Below are positions 61,701 through 64,000 of a stretch of DNA of 64,000 bases, one piece after another (position 1 is the stretch's first letter; each line of letters opens with the position of its first letter). The stretch spans positions 5,758-69,757 of the forward strand of contig JAGCZH010000031.1 in assembly GCA_017960475.1 (NCBI GenBank). Reading direction: 5' to 3'. Source of the DNA: Bacteroidales bacterium (lineage in GTDB: Bacteria; Bacteroidota; Bacteroidia; Bacteroidales; P3). The position numbers and the translations under genes are program-made. Under the pieces are notes generated by a model. It did no database searches. It saw only the letters and a list, made by a program, of their open reading frames with translations, and was not told the DNA's origin.

Positions 61701-61726
61701 TGCGCAAGATGGTCCTCAAACGCTGA
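49754..61726 (+). CDS. Giant (3990 aa) T9SS-sorted surface protein: MAM/choice-of-anchor-J-like domains, two beta-helix modules, many CARDB-like Ig repeats, a GEVED domain and a T9SS type A C-terminal domain
   Basis: Signal peptide MKKVSLLLGVIFLISAFVANGQ. N-domain GFES...GWYLDNINV. Repeated modules ending in N-D-T (for example VVVTLKNYGSQPINAVRIYYSVDNG...WTGNLAGGATT...GYHEMLAW...FNDT). NN-x-I beta-helix rungs. GEVED-like FGQVQDYLLYV. The C-terminus NYPNPYENTTRIDFYLPTAGDVRFFVMDELGRLV...GTYYYGIEKDGERLMRKMVLK is a Por/T9SS sorting domain. Confidence 0.85.
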   Translation: MKKVSLLLGVIFLISAFVANGQIVTKYQQGFESTGETYSYTSQGNVSTVTNVYSSGQRSIKLQQTVGSDVIVTLDTIDFTDNSNFQYFYLEFMHICTVDPLTGPAPNSIAIVQVKKPNETQWSTLTGNLHYDVNWGGGSSDYVSNNSFSERSYEVWRGSTINNSWWKRERYKLETVLLGQGTSLSDRKLEVRFVLKARNSSAGPTTDGWYLDNINVKCSPNSMLLPVATLVDYPDLMNYPNSRNTHISADISTTLAQGMNADSIYCLYQLGRSAPIRRVKLDAVPGVTNRYETYLPFCGYDTVVYWRIVAKDNTINHNSATIPSDATSWNKYKSVRGSAINSAFTTNNIGTTSEVPFSSYGDYKCQIVYDSAEMAQVFKPGAISQIRFPVASNVSNSTRNRFIVKMCNIGSDFVYNVNYDENNSYYGEYQKLVYDSSLVVTQNANTWGTINLQDTFYYAGKGLLITMICDNTSSNPSGINVRTFPSSSGTYTAGSIYKGYGAEYSYSPFDQQVFNSGLRKSVRPNFMFKINANLPLYYDCGISGFINPNDSTPANAVGTNDVVVTLKNYGSQPINAVRIYYSVDNGAHQYFDWTGNLAGGATTNVTISTTQTYPAGYHEMLAWVDDSVLHAGVRYRDHEPFNDTLWTRFISCDGPMSGVRTVGGANADYVDLEKMLYALSQCGVNGPLTVKLAGGLYGPIVFPYIPGASSTNYILFEPATAAPAHDVLFNAPTPSVTMSTPVNYIVNLQQAQYIRFKRINFGSNATESRATYLVRMGTNSVGCQFEDCVFTEGMGIGVSESFMTASALLYSGGADSLIVKNCTFTRGNTGLSLVGPAQDNMAHGSKVLGNYFQNQGINSMIVRNQYDAEVDSNTCDDVYANSSYCILLQDCSGATKVTRNTVYVTSGASCIGATNFFGSATAYAVVANNMLVSADNGTSNMLTTPLNIITANYAKILFNSIKLTAPTRGGIATATFGGGVLENSYFYNNIIGCYDTVNVAFSYIPTEGATNYIGYNIYYSLSPVLNKYDGINCFTMANWQSHCAMDANSQNVNPAFLNSYPTDLRSYSQNVKEHGIPFAEVQNDIFGTARNNTAPCVGAFEFSALPYDFEVLEYVEPYDEYCVAPTAAPLIVVIKNTGVNAYNPATATTPVQLSYSRSTAPGIMVPGASGNITINRTIPATDTIIYNTGVTIPFPTQGMNDTTYKLYTWFTSTIDPNPANDTSFTNVTSHYHFPAPASVNVNSDYGDSATATVTGNLQTWYSNVYTASPSHQSSVYWYKSPTDVDHFWVGNTLHTDPLYNDTTFYVRQKRDYPLVKITEVQIKRTQPGATYPMPLWMNSTSDFSIELTNIGDYPANLFGDTIQTVSNTSALRNVFRMPNVTIMPGQTLVVQFGNGINNVDSTITIGGNKRIQFQQNQNIGVIYKRGGVIADAVAINGILSQTQWTSLNVPQTVWYGPAIQFVDTIPSAGVYRKSWPAANASYSNTVNRWQIADDNHRMTLGRTNENLVRFRDNGCLGDVATVNIHLINHPDVDMAIDNFTINDGCGMGQSPLTITVHNHGTQPSGQVVLNYRIVGSVQTPGQANALQLCSDTIAAGLAPGTTINHTFSLAPDFTVNSASVDFDMLVWINKISSDIASFNDTVHLSLTSMFTPGLPNVNTYDTVSYGNVAVLHSITPPTDSLAWYDRNMNPLDTCNVYTTGYLYEPDTFYVSSFGAKLNNVHVGTLATSSNASGYPSPYNPKKKYVKEQYLFLAQDLIDAGHTAGNFQSLSFYLDTILGPAGTMTFTDYVISLGTTTSATFTSNSNWQAVTPYYSASSLTLTNADKGWVNHFFTNSFYWNGVDNIVVQITRSINPAISQGARTRYTNGGNNRVLYKNDDNNADLANFTGTGSRSANRPDIRFGFIDFGCEGPSKPVYIAITDIPNADASISWADDTVMTFNSCDTTDIDIAIRNMGIQAINGGFTVDYWIDNVHGVYNGTSTIGHNQTVNLTVAKQLFTPGRHYIRTAVTLPGDTVQTNDTIARMINVRFCAGTYAIGATGLYHTFGAAVDTLTNAGVDGPVVFSVQDGLYNEQVTLGPIDGASAINRVRFVGDQTDPSSVVLYSAPTASDNYVLNIDGAQFVGFEAITFRSRGTTNNNNVITISNASQIRFDTVVVRVKGGVNNNAASCIIVGDNVHTLYVNNSELDSGYYSIKASVSYEGISEGVYVTNNTIHNFMSTGLHFRKVNDVYISMNQITTGANANRALTGIFAAQIDGPITVLQNNIVLSDNYTGQKQGVKLVNISTVRATASLVASNVCAMNGKNNNNNSGIWIDSCTWMNVFFNTCRLTFPTFASNQTSSAMHVGTTSSEINVMNNILCHDGTGYSLFVQMAANIGNCDYNDYWSARLQRVASWEGNICIGLEELRVLNHKDNNSHEIKPYFVSETDLHLTIGNLCERAQYNTLVPNDFDNEIRPQIPNPTIGADEFFRKNHNIAVVEIYTPFIDYESNTLPANIEGDTLWIKTKLTNDGTSTESNLRWWAYVKDTEPLLRTTDHTIMELLPQESVVDSNFIVMPLGVIDTQTIVVVFPLSNDSVPENNVLEQRFFLDPAYNFRAATAFIYDESGCRLFNTPVGVELTNVGRKTFPAGTMVPVGFQAVLNTPNITVSTLPVQWEESVALPVDVEPNASVILNYSQTANLYPTGNDKDIVVRARAWSKYQYDWKPANDTTNYINHNSYYTPKSPVGVDINIPYATWDTLFASQTDTPPNGASVIHRPILWFRDSTQSPYHPTGNMVNNYNRSTWWETPQYFHDSTYFLCCVSAHGSDVAKNCTSYFSPIHVNINPRVPVDMAVLDVVEPVGNRVYMTRDSVKVALINYGTQPQTNIPVVYELYNLQNNMVQSVREICTATIQPDSVYVFRFDSLLNIPSWSTSQAYHLRTWTDMPNELIRLNDTLRERIPFYAVPDNVYPVVQVDNSLGLDITRVAFSSLDNQTAPAGHAYLNFTNSSTNNASINYPTVVDTLLTDYCGNRNMQNLGQYRALHLTKGTVDTMIVECMNSDRAGDMTTSGWLSVWVDVDRDGSFRWSPMHNPDSTADPSDSLLYNYPYTEIIYQDTIVSGHPKKFVFQLPEDVRTGYMRMRVEVRQGSTKPQDPTTSMQFGQVQDYLLYVQDVPRDIDLAAARVVSPREQQIGGLYGYGSDTAVTVTIQIANKGSQTITSADVNYRYINSRSGQERGSLQWTGLLEPGHSTVVELPARVFPEGVTDLILNVSTPGDVFVKNDTLRYQYYRSPLRTLYYTVDFERDLDWFIPKGYTPYTQNLWQMGHSNKPNIVACVSDSNILATNINGLVNVAATGNVSYAYTPIFDIATIRPDTVELWVARDMASGHLARIEYINYLGQWTPVGTGNDTLWYNAGSSWDSVSSGYGYDYCRFSLQSIASDFMQRLQFRFVYKVAPGSSVCDGVAFDNIKIGRADRPLDVGVIAITYPTEPKFGQTISPRVVVKNFGLDTLHSIALAYLPYGANLPKIGTYTSTAGLLPGQTDIFEFPTPFVVKNDFPDTFQICAYSIENMDIYKDNDTVCSDFFLSPLDNDMGLVSIINPLERCIAGDSIVVTARIRNYGQAPVSSTRISYVYNNTFLVTETVDFNEIIGHDLQSFEYLNYSFKQKFRSSMGIMNLMAYVQMDNDDYPYNDTVSMKVEGLSAITDLKARAIVVDTTTQNQVKIQVIVDNIGAHAVNDFKIGFWYYKDTSTRIETVYHGDMALPALRSLYYKFPDVLPAHSEFYKYVTAYVYADGDNDRTNDTTELFENLRVDLRPIRALVEENRTDSCRVRVEYENIGTLVSRDDQQLEFRATINGTSLKLKGIHRAVHPGDIETVDFTTKIPKSPTRTYNGSLRLLFSDADTSNNHTTRIEVVNYLTIPFVESSNGMMLEQNYPNPYENTTRIDFYLPTAGDVRFFVMDELGRLVFQSVKAFDSGNQSIDFNGSDLTTGTYYYGIEKDGERLMRKMVLKR

Positions 61727-61731
61727 ATGCT

Positions 61732-63060
61732 GTGATTGAGAAATTTAAAAACTTTATTGAGAGTGAGCACCTGTATGCCCAAGGGCAACAGGTGCTCCTT
61801 GCTGTTAGCGGCGGCCGGGACTCGGTGACTTTGGTCGACCTTGTGTCACGCTGTGGCATCCCTTTCGGGATAGCACATTGTAATTTCCATCTTCGTCCTG
61901 GCGATTGTGACCGTGATGAGTCTTTTGTGCGTCACCTTGCTTCACGACATGGTGTGAAATGCTATGTAGCCCAGTTCGATACCGAGAGGTTTGCCGCCGA
62001 TAACAGACTGTCAATAGAGGATGCTGCACGCCGCCAACGATATGAATTCTTCGAGAAAGTCAGAAAAGAGGAGAACTATGATCTTGTGGCCACAGCGCAT
62101 CATCGTGATGACTCTATTGAGACTTTTTTTATTAATCTCATGCGAGGAACAGGTATCGCTGGTCTGCATGGCATATTGCCTCGCAATGGTTGTATAATCC
62201 GTCCATTGCTTTCATTCTCCCGTGCCGAGATAGACGATTATGTGGGCAGACAAGGTCTTGATTATGTTGATGACTATACCAATGACGAGACCATTTATCT
62301 TCGAAACCGTGTAAGGTTGAAGTTGTTGCCCCTGTTTCGTCAGATGTCTCCTTCATTCGACAGCGTTATGGACGAGAATCTGCGCTGTCTTCGTGAAACG
62401 GAAGAAATTTTCTCAAAGGCTGTTGACGTGGTTGAGAATGAGGTCGTAAGCAGGAAAGACGATATGGTTTATGTTGACATTGATGCTTTGCGGCGTTTTT
62501 CTCCCATACGTACCTATCTGTTTGAGATACTTCGTCCCTTTGGGTTCTCATCGTCGGTAATCGATGAAATAATCCATTCTTTGAATGGAATTAGCGGCAA
62601 ACAGTTCTTTTCGCGAACTCATAGAATTGTGAAGGATCGTGCCAGTTTGGTAATAACCCCATTGGTGTCAGATCTTAGCGATGATAGTATTATTCTGAGC
62701 GAAGAGGATGTTGAGAAATGCGAGGTGGTTGACTTGAGATTCTCTGTCGCAAATAATGAGCCGACAACAAAGATTTTACTGGACTCCGATTCTGCATGGT
62801 TTGACATGGATAAATTGCATTTCCCGCTTACGTTGCGTCATTGGCGTCATGGTGACCGCATAGAGCCTTTTAGAATGACGGGGAGCCGTAAGCTTAGTGA
62901 TATCTTCAGCGACAAGAAACTAAGCCTGGTTGAGAAAGAACGTGTCTGGCTGCTTTGCGACAATAGGGGTGAGGTCCTATGGATTGTTGGCATCCGTGCG
63001 TCAAGACATGCTTCGGTGGCAGATTCCACAAAGCGTATTCTAAAGGTCGGGAAAAGATAA
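61732..63060 (+). CDS. tilS: tRNA(Ile)-lysidine synthetase
   Basis: PP-loop LLAVSGGRDSVTL, ATAHHRDD. GTG start 5 nt after the giant gene's stop. 442 aa. Confidence 0.88.
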   Translation: MIEKFKNFIESEHLYAQGQQVLLAVSGGRDSVTLVDLVSRCGIPFGIAHCNFHLRPGDCDRDESFVRHLASRHGVKCYVAQFDTERFAADNRLSIEDAARRQRYEFFEKVRKEENYDLVATAHHRDDSIETFFINLMRGTGIAGLHGILPRNGCIIRPLLSFSRAEIDDYVGRQGLDYVDDYTNDETIYLRNRVRLKLLPLFRQMSPSFDSVMDENLRCLRETEEIFSKAVDVVENEVVSRKDDMVYVDIDALRRFSPIRTYLFEILRPFGFSSSVIDEIIHSLNGISGKQFFSRTHRIVKDRASLVITPLVSDLSDDSIILSEEDVEKCEVVDLRFSVANNEPTTKILLDSDSAWFDMDKLHFPLTLRHWRHGDRIEPFRMTGSRKLSDIFSDKKLSLVEKERVWLLCDNRGEVLWIVGIRASRHASVADSTKRILKVGKR

Positions 63061-63078
63061 TAGACCTTATGTGTTCCA

Positions 63079-64000
63079 TTATCTTGTAGCAGTCTTAAAA
63101 CCCACAAGACGGTCGTATCGGGCTCCCGGGGCTCGGTAGTAAACGAAAATGTTGTATGTGTTTGTCATCACAGCATGATCGCCCTCGATACGTGACGTCT
63201 CCGCCTCAGACTCATTCGTCGGCAGGAACAGCAGCTGGTATGAATAGTAGCCTTGTTTTAGTAGAAGTCTTTTGGTGTAGGCGTTGTATTTCTGATTCCA
63301 GTCCATACGGCTGTTGTCGTCGAGACTCCACATCGTCAAGTCACCGACAATGTATATGTTGCCGTCAAGAAACGGGCGTTCAACAGGAAGACTGAAATTG
63401 ACCCATACATAGTCCGATTCGATATGAGGGTTGTTGCGGTCGCGGATGTTGGTTTTCATTCCGCCGTTAAGGCTGTTGTATTGTGTGTATGCTTTCCGTC
63501 CACGTATATCGTCGGGTTGTAGAAAAGCAAAAACGTCATTCCCGAGCATCTCAATACGAGCAACATGATACATGGCGGCACGCAGGTTGCTGATGTCGAA
63601 ATATCGGAAATGGTTGCCACCAGGGAAGACATTCTCCTTTTTCCAACGATATACCAACGACTCTCCGCTATAGTTGCTGAAAGGCATGACTCTTTTAAGA
63701 TCTTCGCGTCTGTTTTGCTGGACAACGACGTGGTAATAGCTCGACTGTTGGAGAAGGAAGCTGTTGCGTTGCGGTGTCACAGATATTGACACTTCCTGAT
63801 CGTTGTTAATGTTGCCGTAGCCACTTGTTGTCTTGTCGACGGTGGCGTTGATGTCGGCAATGTCTTCACATACCACAAAGCGGCGAGAGAAAAGAACACT
63901 GTCGGGATAATCTGTCGGGAATACCTCAAGGATGTAGTTGCCGGAGATTAAGAAATAGCCATTAGGGTCAGGGAGAAGCTGATAATAGTTTGAGTAATTC
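63079..64000 (-). CDS. DUF5103-like protein (family named T9SS plug protein), 3' part; the ORF stays open to the window end
   Basis: My own reverse-strand translation has no stop up to base 64000 (...GNYILEVFPTDYPDSVLFSRRFVVCED...). The C-terminal beta-sandwich resembles a CBM48-like pattern (IYIVGDLTMWS...LLLKQGYYSYQLLF). The family assignment is from memory of the DUF5103 pattern only. Confidence 0.4.
   Translation of the reverse strand, partial: NYSNYYQLLPDPNGYFLISGNYILEVFPTDYPDSVLFSRRFVVCEDIADINATVDKTTSGYGNINNDQEVSISVTPQRNSFLLQQSSYYHVVVQQNRREDLKRVMPFSNYSGESLVYRWKKENVFPGGNHFRYFDISNLRAAMYHVARIEMLGNDVFAFLQPDDIRGRKAYTQYNSLNGGMKTNIRDRNNPHIESDYVWVNFSLPVERPFLDGNIYIVGDLTMWSLDDNSRMDWNQKYNAYTKRLLLKQGYYSYQLLFLPTNESEAETSRIEGDHAVMTNTYNIFVYYRAPGARYDRLVGFKTATR

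Overview
The window is a chromosomal segment that looks like Bacteroidota, probably Bacteroidales. Supporting signs are a T9SS C-terminal sorting domain, TAnnTTTG -7 promoter motifs, and BatA, GSCFA, TonB and WG-repeat families. Most of it is ordinary housekeeping sequence: aroE, nth, recJ, ettA, dnaE, ddl, ruvB, hutI, rlmB, tilS, ABC transporters and a TonB. Three things stand out.

(1) An AT-rich island of nine co-directional genes lies at about 9.5-21.5 kb, inserted between an ABC-2 permease gene and recJ. It is bracketed by a 16/17-nt direct repeat. It encodes:
- a soluble ATPase of three FtsK/SpoIIIE-like modules, of which only the middle one is catalytic;
- a 232-aa protein that looks like two fused WXG100-type helical hairpins;
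- a Ras-like P-loop GTPase;
- a Pro-Glu repeat spacer protein;
- five membrane or periplasmic helical proteins.
I read this as a candidate type VII-like export system, or another novel NTPase-driven membrane system, that I do not know to be described in this phylum.

(2) Two small cassette genes of the families known from 23S rRNA intervening sequences (GxxExxY and four-helix-bundle) are each flanked by 9-10-bp-period tandem arrays. A third, cassette-less array of the same type is also present.

(3) There is a 3990-aa T9SS cargo protein.

All calls come from reading the sequence and the ORF track by eye. No searches were run, start codons are best guesses, and family names rest on recognised motifs only.
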